From Eledone cirrhosa (taxonomy: Eukaryota), in assembly GCA_964016885.1 (NCBI GenBank), contig OZ024741.1, positions 10,416,001-10,480,000 of the forward strand: a stretch of DNA of 64,000 bases. The letters run 5' to 3'. This document shows, piece by piece, positions 11,241 through 25,000 of this stretch. Position 1 is the stretch's first letter. The number at the start of each line of letters is the position of its first letter. The notes beneath the pieces were generated by a model. It was not told the DNA's origin and searched no databases. It saw only the letters and a program-made list of their open reading frames with translations. The translations under genes and the position numbers were made by a program.

Positions 11241-14200
11241 GAGGTGGTGGTGTTGGTGTTGTTGGTGGTGGTGGTGATAGTGGTGGAGGGGGTAGTGTTG
11301 GTGTTGTTGGTGGTGGTGGTGATAGTGGTGGAGGGGGTAGTGTTGGTGTTGTTGGTTTTTGGTGGTGATAGTGGTGAAGGTGGTGGTGTTGGTGTTGTTG
11401 GTGATGGTGGTGATAGTGGTGGAGGGGGTGGTGTTGGTGTTGTTGGTGGTGGTGGTGATAGTGGTGGAGGTGGTGGTGTTGGTGTTGTTGGTGGTGGTGG
11501 TGATAGTGCTGGAGCTGGTGGTGTTGGTGTTGTTGGTGGTGGGGGTGATAGTGGTGGAGGTGGTGGTGTTGGTGTTGTTGGTGGTGGTGCTGATAGTGGT
11601 GGAGGTGGTGGTGTTGGTGTTGTTGGTGGTGGTGGTGATAGGGGTGGAGGTGGTGGTGTTGGTGTTGTTGGTGGTGGTGGTGATAGTGGTGGTGGTGGTG
11701 TTGGTGTCGTTGCTGGTGGTGGTGATAGTGGTGGAGGTGGTGGTGTTGGTGTTGTTGGTGGTGGTGGTGATAGTGGTGGTGGTGGTGGTGTTGGTGTTGT
11801 TGGTGGTGGTGGTGGTGTTGGTGTCGTTGGTGGTGGTGGTGTTGATAGTGGTGGAGGTGGTGGTGTTGGTGTCGTTGGTGGTGGTGGTGATAGTGGTGGT
11901 GGTGGTGGTGTTGGTGTCGTTGGTGGCGGTGGTGATAGTGGTGGAGGTGGTGGTGTTGGTGTTGTTGGTGGTGGTGGTGGTGATAGTGGTGGTGGTGTTG
12001 GTGTTGTTGGTGGTGGTGGTGATAGGGATGGAGGTGGTGGTGTTGGCGTTGTTGGTGGTGGTGGTGGTTGTGTTGGTGTCGTTGGTGGTGGTGGAGGTGG
12101 TGGTGTTGGTCTCGTTGGTGGCGGTGGTGATAGTGGTGGAGAGGGTAGTGTTGGTGTTGTTGGTGGTGGAGGTGGTGGTGTTTGTGTCGTTGGTGGTGAT
12201 AGTGGTGGAGGTGGTGGTGTTGGTGTTGTTGGTGGTGGTGGTGATAGTGGTGGAGGTGGAGGTGTTGGTGTTGTTGGTGGTGGTGGTGATAGTGGTGGAG
12301 GTGGTGGTGTTGGTGTCGTTGGTTGTGATAGTGGTGGAGGTGGTGGTGTTGGTATTGTTGGTGGTGGTGGTGATAATGGTGGAGGTGGTGGTGGTGGTGT
12401 TGTTGGTGGCGGTGGTGATAGTGGTGGAGATGGTGGTGTTGGTGTTGTTGGTGGTGGTGGTTATAGTGGTGGAGGTGGTGATGTTGGTGTTGTTGGTGGT
12501 GGTGGTGGTGGTGCTGGTGCTGGTGTCGTTGGTTGTGATAGTGGTGGAGTTGGTGGTGTTGGTGTTGTTGGTGGTGGAGGTGATAGTGGTGGAGATGGTG
12601 GTGTTGGTGTTGTTGGTGGTGGTGGTGATAGTGGAGTTGTTGATGTTGTTGGTGGTGGTGGTGATAGTGTTGGAGGGGGTAGTGTTGGTGTTGTTGGTGG
12701 TGGTGGTGATAGTGGTGGAGTTGGTGGTGTTGGTGTTGTTGGTGGTGATAGTGGTGGAGGTGGTAGTGTTGGTGTCGTTGGTGGTGGTGGTGATAGTGGT
12801 GGAGTTGGTGGTGTTGGTGTTGTTGGTGGTGATAGTGGTGGAGGTGGTAGTGTTGGTGTCGTTGGTGGTGGTGGTGATAGTGGTGGAGTTGGTGGTGTTG
12901 GTGTTGTTGGTGGTGATAGTGGTGGAGGTGGTAGTGTTGGTGTCGTTGGTGGTGGTGGTGATAGTGGTGGAGTTGGTGGTGTTGGTGTTGTTGGTGGTGA
13001 TAGTGGTGGAGGTGGTAGTGTTGGTGTCGTTGGTGGTGGTGGTGATAGTGGTGGAGTTGGTGGTGTTGGTGTTGTTGGTGGTGATAGTGTTGGAGGTGGT
13101 AGTGTTGGTGTCGTTGGTGGTGGTGGTGATAGTGGTGGATTTCGTGGTGTTGGTGTTGTTGGTGGTGATAGTGGTGGAGGTGGTAGTGTTGGTGTCGTTG
13201 GTGGTGGTGGTGATAGTGGTGGAGGTGGTGGTGTTGGTGTCGTTGGTGGTGGTGGTGATAGTGGTGGAGGTGGTGGTGTTGGTGTTGTTGGTGGTGGAGG
13301 TGATAGTGGTGGAGGTGCTGGTGTTGGTGTTGTTAGTGGTGATTATGGTGGAGGTGGTAGTGTTGGTGTCGCTGGTGGTGGTGGTGATAGTGGTGGAGGT
13401 GGTGGTGTTGGTGTTGTTGGTGGTGATAGTGGTGGAGGTGGTGGTGTTGGTGTTGTTGGTGGTGGTGGTGATAGTGGTGGAGGTGGTGATGTTGGTGTTG
13501 TTGGTGGTGGTGGTGGTGGTGTTGGTGTCGTTGATTGTGATAGTGGTGGAGGTGGTGGTGTTGGTGTTGTTGGTGGTGGTGGTGATAGTGGTGGTGGTGG
13601 TGTTGGTGTCGTTGATTGTGATAGTGGTGGAGGTGGTGGTGTTGGTGTTGTTGGTGGTGGAGGTGATAGTGGTGGAGGTGGTGGTGTTGGTGTTGTTGGT
13701 GGTGGTGGTGATAGTGGAGTTGTTGATGTTGTTGGTGGTGGTGGTGATAGTGTTGGAGGGGTAGTGTTGGTGTTGTTGGTGGTGGTGGTGATAGTGTTGG
13801 AGATGGTGGTGTTGGTGTTGTTGATGGTGATAGTGGTGGAGGTGGTAGTGTTGGTGTCGTTGGTGGTGGTGGTGATAGTGGTGGAGGTGGTGGTGTTGGG
13901 GTCGTTGGTGGTGGTGGTGATAGTGGTGGAGGTGGTGGTGTTGGTGTTGTTGGTGGTGGAGGTGATAGTGGTGGAGGTGGTGGTGTTGGTGTTGTTAGTG
14001 GTGATAGTGGTGGAGGTGGTAGTGTTGGTGTCGTTGGTGGTGATAGTGGTGGAGGTGGTAGTGTTGGTGTCGTTGGTGGTGGTGGCGATAGTGGTGGAGG
14101 TGGTGGTGTTGGTGTTGTTGGTGGTGGAGGTGATAGTGGTGGAGGTGGTGGTGTTGGTGTCGTTGGTGTTGGTGGTGATACTGGTGGAGGTGGTGGTGTT

Positions 14201-17200
14201 GGTGTTGTTGGTGGTGGTGGTGATAGTGGTGGAGGTGGTGTTGTTGGTGTCGTTGGTGTTGGTGGTGATACTGGTGGAGGTGGTGGTGTTGGTGTTGTTG
14301 GTGGTGGTGGTGATAGTGGTGGAGGTGGTGGTGTTGGTGTTGTTGGTGGTGGAGGTGATAGTGGTGGAGGTGGTGGTGTTGGTGTTGTTGGTGGTGGTGG
14401 TGATAGTGGTGGAGGGGGTAGTGTTGGTGTCGTTGGTGTTGGTGGTGATACTGGTGGAGGTGGTGGTGTTGGTGATGTTGGTGGTGGTGGTGATAGGGGT
14501 GGAGGTGGTGGTGTTGGTGTCGTTGGTGGTGGTGGTGATAGTGGTGGAGGTGGTGGTGTTGGTGTTGTTGGTGGTGGTGGTGATAGTGGTGGAGGGGGTA
14601 TTGTTGGTGTTGTTGGTGGTGGTGGTGATAATGGTGGAGGGGGTAGTGTTGGTGTTGTTGGTGGTGGTGGTGATAGTGGTGAAGGTGGTGGTGTTGGTGT
14701 TGTTGGTGGTGGTGGTGATAGTGCTGGAGGTGGTGGTGTTGGTGTTGTTGGTGGTGGTGGTGATAGTGCTGGAGGTGGTGGTGTTGGTGTTGTTGGTGGT
14801 GGAGGTGATAGTGGTGGAGGTGGTGGTGTTGGTCTAGTTGGTGGTGGTGGTGATAGTGGTGGAGGTGGTTGTGTTGATGTCGTTGGTGGTTGTGGTGATA
14901 GTGGTGGAGGTGGAGGTGTTGGTGTTGTTGGAGGTGGTGGTGATAGTGGTGGAGGTGGTGGTGTTGGTGTCGTTGGTGGTGATAGTGGCGGAGGTGGTGG
15001 TGTAGGTGTCGTTGGTGGTGGTGGTGATAGTGGTGGAGGGGGTAGTGTTGTTATTGTTGGTGGTGGTGGTGATAGTGGTGGTGGTGGTGGTGTTGGTGGC
15101 GTTGCTGGTGGTGGTGATAGTGGTGGTGGTGGTGGTGGTGTTGGTGTAGTTGGTGGCGGTGGTGATAGTGGTGGAGAGGGTAGTTTTGGTGTTGTTGGTG
15201 GTGGAGGTGATAGTGCTGGAGGTGGAGGTGTTGGTGTTGTTGGTGGTGGTGGTGATAGTGGTGGAGGTGGTGGTGTTGGTGTTGTTGGTGGTGGTGGTGA
15301 TAGTGGTGGAGGTGGTGGTGTTGGTGTCGTTGGTGGTGATAGTGGTGGAGGTGGTGGTGTTGGTGTTGTTGGTGGTGGTGGTGATAGTGGTGGAGGTGGA
15401 TGTGTTGGTGTTGTTGGTGGTGGTGGTGATAGTGGTGGAGGTGGTGGTGTTGGTGTTGTTGGTGGTGGTGGTGATAGTGGTGGAGGTGGTGGTGTTGGTG
15501 TTGTTGGTGGTGGTGGTGATAGTGGTGGAGGTGGTGGTGTTGGTGTCGTTGGTGGTGATAGTGGTGGAGGTGGTGGTGTTGGTGTTGTTGGTGGTGGTGG
15601 TGATAGTGGTGGAGGTGGAGGTGTTGGTGTTGTTGGTGGTGGTGGTGATAGTGGTGGAGGTGGAGGTGTTGGTGTTGTTGGTGGTGGTGGTGATAGTGGT
15701 GGAGGTGGTGGTGTTTGTGTCGTTGGTGGTGATAGTGGTGGAGGTGGTGGTGTTGGTGTTGTTGGTGGTGGTGTTGATAGTGGTGGAGGTAGTGGTGTTG
15801 GTGTTGTTGGTGGTGGTGGTGATAGTGGTGGAGGTCGTTGTGTTGGTGTTGTTGGTGGTGGTGGTGATAGTGGTGGAGGGGGTAGTGTTGGTGTTGGTGG
15901 TGATAGTGGTGGAGGTGGAGGTGTTGGTGTTGTTGGTGTTGATAGTGGTGGAGGTGGTGGTGTTGGTGTTGTTGGTGGTGGTGGTGATAGTGGTGGAGTT
16001 GATGGTGTTGGTGTTGTTGGTGGTGGTGGTGATAGTGGTGGAGGTGGAGGTGTTGGTGTTGTTGGTGGTGGTGGTGGTGGTGGTGATAGTGGTGGAGGTG
16101 GTGGTGTTGGTGTTGTTGGTGGTGGTGGTGATAGTGGTGGAGTTGATGGTGTTGGTGTTGTTGGTGGTGGTGGTGATAGTGGTGGAGGTGGAGGTGTTGG
16201 TGTTGCTGGTGGTGGTGGTGCTGGTGGTGGTGATAGTTGTGGAGTTGATGGTGTTGGTGTTGTTGGTGGTGGTGGTGATAGCGGTGGAGGTGGTGGTGTT
16301 GGTGTTGTTGGTGGTGGAGGTGATAGTGGTGGAGGTGGTGGTGTTGGTGTTGTTAGTGGTGATAGTGGTGGAGGTGGTAGTGTTGGTGTCGTTGGTGGTG
16401 GTGGTGATAGTGGTGGAGGTGGTGGTGTTGGTGTTGTTGGTGGTGATAGTGGTGGAGGTGGTAGTGTTGGTGTCGTTGGTGGTGGTGGCGATAGTGGTGG
16501 AGGTGGTGGTATTGGTGTCGTTGGTGTTGGTGGTGATAGTGGTGGAGGTGGTGGTGTTGGTGTTGTTGGTGGTGAAGGTGATAGTGGTGGAGGTGGTGGT
16601 GTTGGTGTCGTTGGTGTTGGTAGTGATACTGGTGGAGGTGGTGGTGTTGGTGTTGTTGGTGGTGGTGGTGATAGTGGTGGAGGTGGTGGTGTTGGTGTTG
16701 TTGGTGGTGGTGGTGATTGTGGTGGAGGTGGAGGTGTTGGTGTTGTTGGTGGTGGTGGTGGTGGAGTTGATGGTGTTGGTGTTGTTGGTGGTGGTGGTGA
16801 TAGTGGTGGAGGTGGAGGTGTTGGTGTTGCTGGTGGTGGTGGTGGTGGTGGTGATAGTGGTGGAGTTGATGGTGTTGGTGTTGTTGGTGGTGGTGGTGAT
16901 AGTGGTGGAGGTGGTGGTGTTGGTGTTGTTGGTGGTGGTGGTGATAGTGGTGGAGGTGGTGGTGTAGGTGTTGTTGGTGGTGGAGGTGATAGTGGTGGAG
17001 GTGGTGGTGTTGGTGTCGTTGGTGGTGGTGGTGGTGGTGGTGATAGTGGTGGAGGTGGTGGTGTTGGTGTTGTTGGTGGTGGTGGTGATAGTGGTGGTGG
17101 TGGTAGCGTTGGTGTTGTTGGTGGTGGTGGTGATAGTGGTGGAGGTGGAGGTGTTGGTGTTGTTGGTGGTGGTGGTGATAGTGGCGGAGGTGGTGGTGTT

Positions 17201-18060
17201 GGTGTCGTTGGTGGTGGTGGTGATAGTGGTGGAGGTGGTGGTGTTGGTGTTGTTGGTGGTGGTGGTGATAGTGGTGGAGGTGGAGGTGTTGTTGTTGTTG
17301 GTGGTGATAGTGGTGGAGGTGGTAGTGTTGGTGTCGTTGGTGGTGGTGGTGATAGTGGTGGAGGTGGAGGTGTTGGTGTTGTTGGTGGTGGTGGTGATAG
17401 TGGTGGAGTGGTGGTGTTTGTGTCGTTGGTGGTGATAGTGGTGGAGGTGGTGGTGTTGGTGTTGTTGGTGGTGGTGGTGATAGTGGTGGAGGTCGTTGTG
17501 TTGGTGTTGTTGGTGGTGGTGGTGATAGTGGTGGAGTTGATGGTGTTGGTGTTGTTGGTGGTGGTGGTGATAGTGGTGGAGGGGGTAGTGTTGGTGTTGT
17601 TGGTGGTGCTGGTGATAGTGGTGGAGGTGGTGGTGTTGGTGTTGTTGGTGGTGATAGTGGTGGAGGTGGTAGTGTTGGTGTCGTTGGTGGTGGTGTTGGT
17701 GGTGGTGATAGTGGTGGAGGTGGTGGTGTTAGTGTTGTTGGTGGTGGTGGTGGTGGTGTTGGTGTTGTTGGTGGTGGTGTTGATAGTGGTGGAGGTGGTG
17801 GTGTTGGTGTTGTTGGTGGTGGTGGTGATAGTGGTGGAGGTCCTTGTGTTGGTGTTGTTGGTGGTGGTGGTGATAGTGGTGGAGTTGATGTTGTTGGTGT
17901 TGTTGGTGGTGGTGGTGATATTGGTGGAGGGGGTAGTGTTGGTGTTGATGGTGGTGGTGATAGTGGTGGAGGTGGAGGTGTTGGTGTTGTTGGTGGTGAT
18001 AGTGGTGCAGGTGGATTGTGTTGGTGTCGTTGGTGGTGGTGGTGGTGGTGGTGATAGTGG
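11240..18060. repeat. Higher-order block L, copy 2 (direct tandem duplicate, ~6.8 kb)
   Basis: The offset to copy 1 is 6678 bp up to ~16.0 kb and 6822 bp afterwards (10586->17408, 11196->18018), i.e. 144 bp extra. Confidence 0.92.
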
Positions 18061-19050
18061 TGGAGGTGGTGGTGTTGGTGTTGTTGGTGGTGGTGGTGAT
18101 AGTGGTCGAGGTGGTGGTGTTGGTGTTGTTGGCGGTGGTGGTGGTGATAGTGGTCGAGGTGGTGGTGTTGGTGTTGTTGGCGGTGGTGGTGGTGATAGTG
18201 GTGGAGGTGGTGGTGTTGGTGTTTTTGGTGGTGGTGGTGATAGTGGTGGAGGTGGTGGTGTAGGTGCTGTTGGTGGTGGAGGTGATAGTGGTGGAGAAGG
18301 TGGTGTTGGTGTTGTTGGTGGTGATAGTGGTGGAGGTGGTGGTGTTGGTGTTGTTGGTGGTGGTGGTTATAGTGGTGGAGGTGGTGGTGTTGGTGTCGTT
18401 GGTGGTGGTGGTTATAGTGGTGGAGGTGGTGGTGTTGGTGTCGTTGGTGGTGGTGGTGATAGTGGTGAAGGTGGTGGTGCTGGTGTTGTTGGTGGTGGTG
18501 GTGATAGTGGTGGAGGTGGAGGTGTTGGTGTTGTTGGTGGTGGTGGTGATAGTGGTGGAGGTGGTGGTGTTGATGTCGTTGGTGGTGGTCTTGGTGTTGT
18601 TGGTGGTGGTGGTGATAGTGGTGGAGGTGGAGGGGGTTGTGTTGGTGTTGTTGGTGGTGGTGGTGATAGTGGTGGAGGTGGTGGTGATAGTGGTGGAGGT
18701 GGTGGTGTTGGTGTTGTTGGTGGTGATAGTGGTGGAGGGGGTAGTGTTGGTGTTGTTGTTGGTGGTGGTGATAGTGGTGGAGGTGGTGGTGTTGGTGTCG
18801 TTGGTGGTGGTGGTGATAGTGGTGGAGGTGGAGGTGTTGGTGTTGTTGGTGGTGGTGGTGATAGTGGTGGAGGTGGTGGTGTTGTTGTTGTTGGTGGTGG
18901 TGGTGATAGTGGTGGAGGGGGTAGTGTTGGTGTCGTTGGTGGTGGTGGTGATAGTGGTGGAGGTGGAGGTGTTGGTGTTGTTGGTGGTGGTGGTGATAGT
19001 GGTGGAGGTGGTGGTGTTGGTGTTGTTGGTGGTGGTGGTGATAGTGGTGG
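18060..19050. repeat. Bridge module following block L; second copy at ~39320-40290
   Basis: The markers GGTCGAGGT x2, GTAGGTGCT, GGAGAAGG, GGTTATAGT x2 and GTTGATGTC occur in the same order at offset 21264 (18018->39282, 18264->39528). Confidence 0.88.
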
Positions 19051-19099
19051 AGGTCGTTGTGTTGGTGTTGTTGGTGGTGGTGGTGATAGTGGTGGAGTT

Positions 19100-22000
19100 G
19101 ATGTTGTTGGTGTTGTTGGTGGTGGTGGTGATAGTGGTGGAGGGGGTAGTGTTGGTGTTGGTGGTGGTGGTGATAGTGGTGGAGGTGGAGGTGTTGGTGT
19201 TGTTGGTGGTGATAGTGGTGCAGGTGGATTGTGTTGGTGTCGTTGGTGGTGGTGGTGGTGGTGGTGATTGTGGTGGAGGTGGTGGTGTTGGTGTTGTTGG
19301 TGGTGGTGGTGATAGTGGTGGAGGTGTTGGTGTTGGTGTTGTTGGTGGTGGTGGTGGTGATAGTGGTGGAGGTGGTGGTGTTGGTGTTTTTGGTGGTGGT
19401 GGTGATAGTGGTGGAGGGGGAAGTGTTGGTGTAGTTGGTGGTGGTGGTGATAGTGGTGGAGGTGGTGGTGTTGGTGTCGTTGGTGGTGGTGGTGATAGTG
19501 GTGGAGGTGGTGGTGTTGGTGTTGTTGGTGGTGGTGTTGATAGTGGTGGAGGTGGTGGTGTTGGTGTTGTTGGTGGTGGTGGTAATAGTGGTGGAGGGGG
19601 TAGTGTTGGTGTTGGTGGTGGTGGTGATAGTGGTGGAGGTGGAGGTGTTGGTGTTGTTGGTGGTGATAGTGGTGGAGGTGGATTGTGTTGGTGTCGTTGG
19701 TGGTGGTGGTGATAGTGGTGGTGGTGGTGGTGTTGGTGTCGTTGGTGGTGGTGGTGATAGTGGTGGAGGTGGTGATGTTGGTGTTGTTGGTGGTGGTGGT
19801 GGTGGTGTTGGAGTTATTGGTGGTGGAGGTGATAGTGGTGAAGGTGGTGGTGTTGGTGTTGTTGGTGGTGGTGGTGATAGTGGTGGAGTTGGTGGTGTTG
19901 GTGTTGTTGGTGGTGATAGTGGTGGAGGTGGTAGTGTTGGTGTCGTTGGTGGTGGTGGTGATAGTGGTGGAGGTGGTCGTGTTGGTGTCGTTGGTGGTGG
20001 TGGTGATAGTGGTGGAGGTGGTGGTGTTGGTGTTGTTAGTGGTGATAGTGGTGGAGGTGGTAGTGTTGGTGTCGTTGGTGGTGGTGGTGATAGTGGTGGA
20101 GGTGGTGGTGTTGGTGTTGTTGGTGGTGATAGTGGTGGAGGTGGTAGTGTTGGTGTCGTTGGTGGTGGTGGCGATAGTGGAGGAGGTGGTGGTGTTGGTG
20201 TCGTTGGTGGTGGTGGTGACAGTGGTGGAGTTGGTGGTGTTGGTGTTGTTAGTGGTGATAGTGGTGGAGGTGGTAGTGTTGGTGTCGTTGGTGGTGGTGG
20301 CGATAGTGGTGGAGTTGGTGGTGTTGGTGTCGTTGGTGGTGGTGGTGACAGTGGTGGAGGTGGTGGTGTTGGTGTTGTTGGTGGTGGAGGTGATAGTGGT
20401 GGAGGTGGTGGTGTTGGTGTTGTTGGTGGTGGAGGTGATATTTGTGGAGGTGGTGGTGTTGGTGTTGTTGGTGGTGGTGGTGATATTGGTGGAGGGGGTA
20501 GTGTTGGTGTCGTTGGTGTTGGTGGTGATACTGGTGGAGGTGGTGGGGTTGGTGTTGTTGGTGGTGGTGGTGATAGGGGTGGAGGTGGTGGTGTTGGTGT
20601 CGTTGGTGGTGGTGGTGATAGTGGTGGAGGTGGTGGTGTTGGTGTTGTTGGTGGTGGTGGTGATAGTGGTGGAGGGGGTAGTGTTGGTGTTGTTGGTGGT
20701 GGTGGTGATAGTGGTGGAGGGGGTAGTGTTGGTGTTGTTGGTTTTTGGTGGTGATAGTGGTGAAGGTGGTGGTTTTGGTGTTGTTGGTGATGGTGGTGAT
20801 AGTGGTGGAGGGGGTGGTGTTGGTGTTGTTGGTGGTGGTGGTGATAGTGGTGGAGGTGGTGGTGTTGGTGTTGTTGGTGGTGGTGGTGATAGTGGTGGAG
20901 GTGGAGGTGTTGGTGTTGTTGGTGGTGGTGGTGATAGTGGTGGAGTGGTGGTGTTTGTGTCGTTGGTGGTGATAGTGGTGGAGGTGGTGGTGTTGGTGTT
21001 GTTGGTGGTGGTGGTGATAGTGGTGGAGGTCGTTGTGTTGGTGTTGTTGGTGGTGGTGGTGATAGTGGTGGAGTTGATGGTGTTGGTGTTGTTGGTGGTG
21101 GTGGTGATAGTGGTGGAGGGGGTAGTGTTGGTGTTGCTGGTGGTGCTGGTGATAGTGGTGGAGGTGGTGGTGTTGGTGTTGTTGGTGGTGATAGTGGTGC
21201 AGGTGGTAGTGTTGGTGTCGTTGGTGGTGGTGGTGGTGGTGGTGATAGTGGTGGAGGTGGTGGTGTTGGTGTTGTTGGTGGTGGTGGTGGTGGTGTTGGT
21301 GTTGTTGGTGGTGGTGTTGATAGTGGTGGAGGTGGTGGTGTTGGTGTTGTTGGTGGTGGTGGTGATAGTGGTGGAGGTCGTTGTGTTGGTGTTGTTGGTG
21401 GTGGTGGTGATAGTGGTGGAGTTGATGTTGTTGGTGTTGTTGGTGGTGGTGGTGATAGAGGTGGAGGGGGTAGTGTTGGTGTTGGTGGTGGTGGTGATAG
21501 TGGTGGAGGTGGAGGTGTTGGTGTTGTTGGTGGTGATAGTGGTGCAGGTGGATTGTGTTGGTGTCGTTGGTGGTGGTGGTGGTGGTGGTGGTGATAGTGG
21601 TGGAGGTGGTGGTGTTGGTGTTGTTGGTGGTGGTGGTGATAGTGGTGGAGGTGTTGGTGTTGGTGTTGTTGGTGGTGGTGGTGGTGATAGTGGTGGAGGT
21701 GGTGGTGTTGGTGTTTTTGGTGGTGGTGGTGATAGTGGTGGAGGGGGTAGTGTTGGTGTAGTTGGTGGTGGTGGTGATAGTGGTGGAGGTGGTGGTGTTG
21801 GTGTCGTTGGTGGTGGTGGTGATAGTGGTGGAGGTGGTGGTGTTGGTGTTGTTGGTGGTGGTGTTGATAGTGGTGGAGGTGGTGGTGTTGGTGTTGTTGG
21901 TGGTGGGGGTAATAGTGGTGGAGGGGGTAGTGTTGGTGTTGGTGGTGGTGGTGATAGTGGTGGAGGTGGAGGTGTTGGTGTTGTTGGTGGTGATAGTGGT

Positions 22001-25000
22001 GGAGGTGGATTGTGTTGGTGTCGTTGGTGGTGGTGGTGATAGTGGTGGTGGTGGTGGTGTTGGTGTCGTTGGTGGTGGTGGTGATAGTGGTGGAGGTGGT
22101 GATGTTGGTGTTGTTGGTGGTGGTGGTGGTGGTGTTGGAGTTATTGGTGGTGGAGGTGATAGTGGTGAAGGTGGTGGTGTTGGTGTTGTTGGTGGTGGTG
22201 GTGATAGTGGTGGAGTTGGTGGTGTTGGTGTTGTTGGTGGTGATAGTGGTGGAGGTGGTAGTGTTGGTGTCGTTGGTGGTGGTGGTGATAGTGGTGGAGG
22301 TGGTCGTGTTGGTGTCGTTGGTGGTGGTGGTGATAGTGGTGGAGGTGGTGGTGTTGGTGTTGTTAGTGGTGATAGTGGTGGAGGTGGTAGTGTTGGTGTC
22401 GTTGGTGGTGGTGGTGATAGTGGTGGAGGTGGTGGTGTTGGTGTTGTTGGTGGTGATAGTGGTGGAGGTGGTAGTGTTGGTGTCGTTGGTGGTGGTGGCG
22501 ATAGTGGAGGAGGTGGTGGTGTTGGTGTCGTTGGTGGTGGTGGTGACAGTGGTGGAGTTGGTGGTGTTGGTGTTGTTAGTGGTGATAGTGGTGGAGGTGG
22601 TAGTGTTGGTGTCGTTGGTGGTGGTGGCGATAGTGGTGGAGTTGGTGGTGTTGGTGTCGTTGGTGGCGGTGGTGACAGTGGTGGAGGTGGTGGTGTTGGT
22701 GTTGTTGGTGGTGGAGGTGATATTTGTGGAGGTGGTGGTGTTGGTGTTGTTGGTGGTGGTGGTGATATTGGTGGAGGGGGTAGTGTTGGTGTCGTTGGTG
22801 TTGGTGGTGATACTGGTGGAGGTGGTGGGGTTGGTGTTGTTGGTGGTGGTGGTGATAGGGGTGGAGGTGGTGGTGTTGGTGTCGTTGGTGGTGGTGGTGA
22901 TAGTGGTGGAGGTGATAGTGGTGGAGGGGGTAGTGTTGGTGTTGTTGGTTTTTGGTGGTGATAGTGGTGAAGGTGGTGGTGTTGGTGTTGTTGGTGATGG
23001 TGGTGATAGTGGTGGAGGGGGTGGTGTTGGTGTTGTTGGTGGTGGTGGTGATAGTGGTGGAGGTGGTGGTGTTGGTGTTGTTGGTGGTGGTGGTGATAGT
23101 GGTGGAGGTGGAGGTGTTGGTGTTGTTGGTGGTGGTGGTGATAGTGGTGGAGTGGTGGTGTTTGTGTCGTTGGTGGTGATAGTGGTGGAGGTGGTGGTGT
23201 TGGTGTTGTTGGTGGTGGTGGTGATAGTGGTGGAGGTCGTTGTGTTGGTGTTGTTGGTGGTGGTGGTGATAGTGGTGGAGTTGATGGTGTTGGTGTTGTT
23301 GGTGGTGGTGGTGATAGTGGTGGATGGGGTAGTGTTGGTGTTGCTGGTGGTGCTGGTGATAGTGGTGGAGGTGGTGGTGTTGGTGTTGTTGGTGGTGATA
23401 GTGGTGCAGGTGGTAGTGTTGGTGTCGTTGGTGGTGGTGGTGGTGGTGGTGATAGTGGTGGAGGTGGTGGTGTTGGTGTTGTTGGTGGTGGTGGTGGTGG
23501 TGTTGGTGTTGTTGGTGGTGGTGTTGATAGTGGTGGAGGTGGTGGTGTTGGTGTTGTTGGTGGTGGTGGTGATAGTGGTGGAGGTCGTTGTGTTGGTGTT
23601 GTTGGTGGTGGTGGTGATAGTGGTGGAGTTGATGTTGTTGGTGTTGTTGGTGGTGGTGGTGATAGTGGTGGAGGGGGTAGTGTTGGTGTTGGTGGTGGTG
23701 GTGATAGTGGTGGAGATGGAGGTGTTGGTGTTGTTGGTGGTGATAGTGGTGCAGGTGGATTGTGTTGGTGTCGTTGGTGGTGGTGGTGGTGGTGGTGATA
23801 GTGGTGGAGGTGGTGGTGTTGGTGTTGTTGGTGGTGGTGGTGATAGAGGTGGAGGGGGTAGTGTTGGTGTTGGTGGTGGTGGTGATAGTGGTGGAGGTGG
23901 AGGTGTTGGTGTTGTTGGTGGTGATAGTGGTGCAGGTGGATTGTGTTGGTGTCGTTGGTGGTGGTGGTGGTGGTGGTGATAGTGGTGGAGGTGGTGGTGT
24001 TGGTGTTGTTGGTGGTGGTGGTGATAGTGGTGGAGGTGTTGGTGTTGGTGTTGTTGGTGGTGGTGGTGGTGATAGTGGTGGAGGTGGTGGTGTTGGTGTT
24101 TTTGGTGGTGGTGGTGATAGTGGTGGAGGGGGTAGTGTTGGTGTAGTTGGTGGTGGTGGTGATAGTGGTGGAGGTGGTGGTGTTGGTGTCGTTGGTGGTG
24201 GTGGTGATAGTGGTGGAGGTGGTGGTGTTGGTGTTGTTGGTGGTGGTGTTGATAGTGGTGGAGGTGGTGGTGTTGGTGTTGTTGGTGGTGGGGGTAATAG
24301 TGGTGGAGGGGGTAGTGTTGGTGTTGGTGGTGGTGGTGATAGTGGTGGAGGTGGAGGTGTTGGTGTTGTTGGTGGTGATAGTGGTGGAGGTGGATTGTGT
24401 TGGTGTCGTTGGTGGTGGTGGTGATAGTGGTGGTGGTGGTGGTGTTGGTGTCGTTGGTGGTGGTGGTGATAGTGGTGGAGGTGGTGATGTTGGTGTTGTT
24501 GGTGGTGGTGGTGGTGGTGTTGGAGTTATTGGTGGTGGAGGTGATAGTGGTGAAGGTGGTGGTGTTGGTGTTGTTGGTGGTGGTGGTGATAGTGGTGGAG
24601 TTGGTGGTGTTGGTGTTGTTGGTGGTGATAGTGGTGGAGGTGGTAGTGTTGGTGTCGTTGGTGGTGGTGGTGATAGTGGTGGAGGTGGTCGTGTTGGTGT
24701 CGTTGGTGGTGGTGGTGATAGTGGTGGAGGTGGTGGTGTTGGTGTTGTTAGTGGTGATAGTGGTGGAGGTGGTAGTGTTGGTGTCGTTGGTGGTGGTGGT
24801 GATAGTGGTGGAGGTGGTGGTGTTGGTGTTGTTGGTGGTGATAGTGGTGGAGGTGGTAGTGTTGGTGTCGTTGGTGGTGGTGGCGATAGTGGAGGAGGTG
24901 GTGGTGTTGGTGTCGTTGGTGGTGGTGGTGACAGTGGTGGAGTTGGTGGTGTTGGTGTTGTTAGTGGTGATAGTGGTGGAGGTGGTAGTGTTGGTGTCGT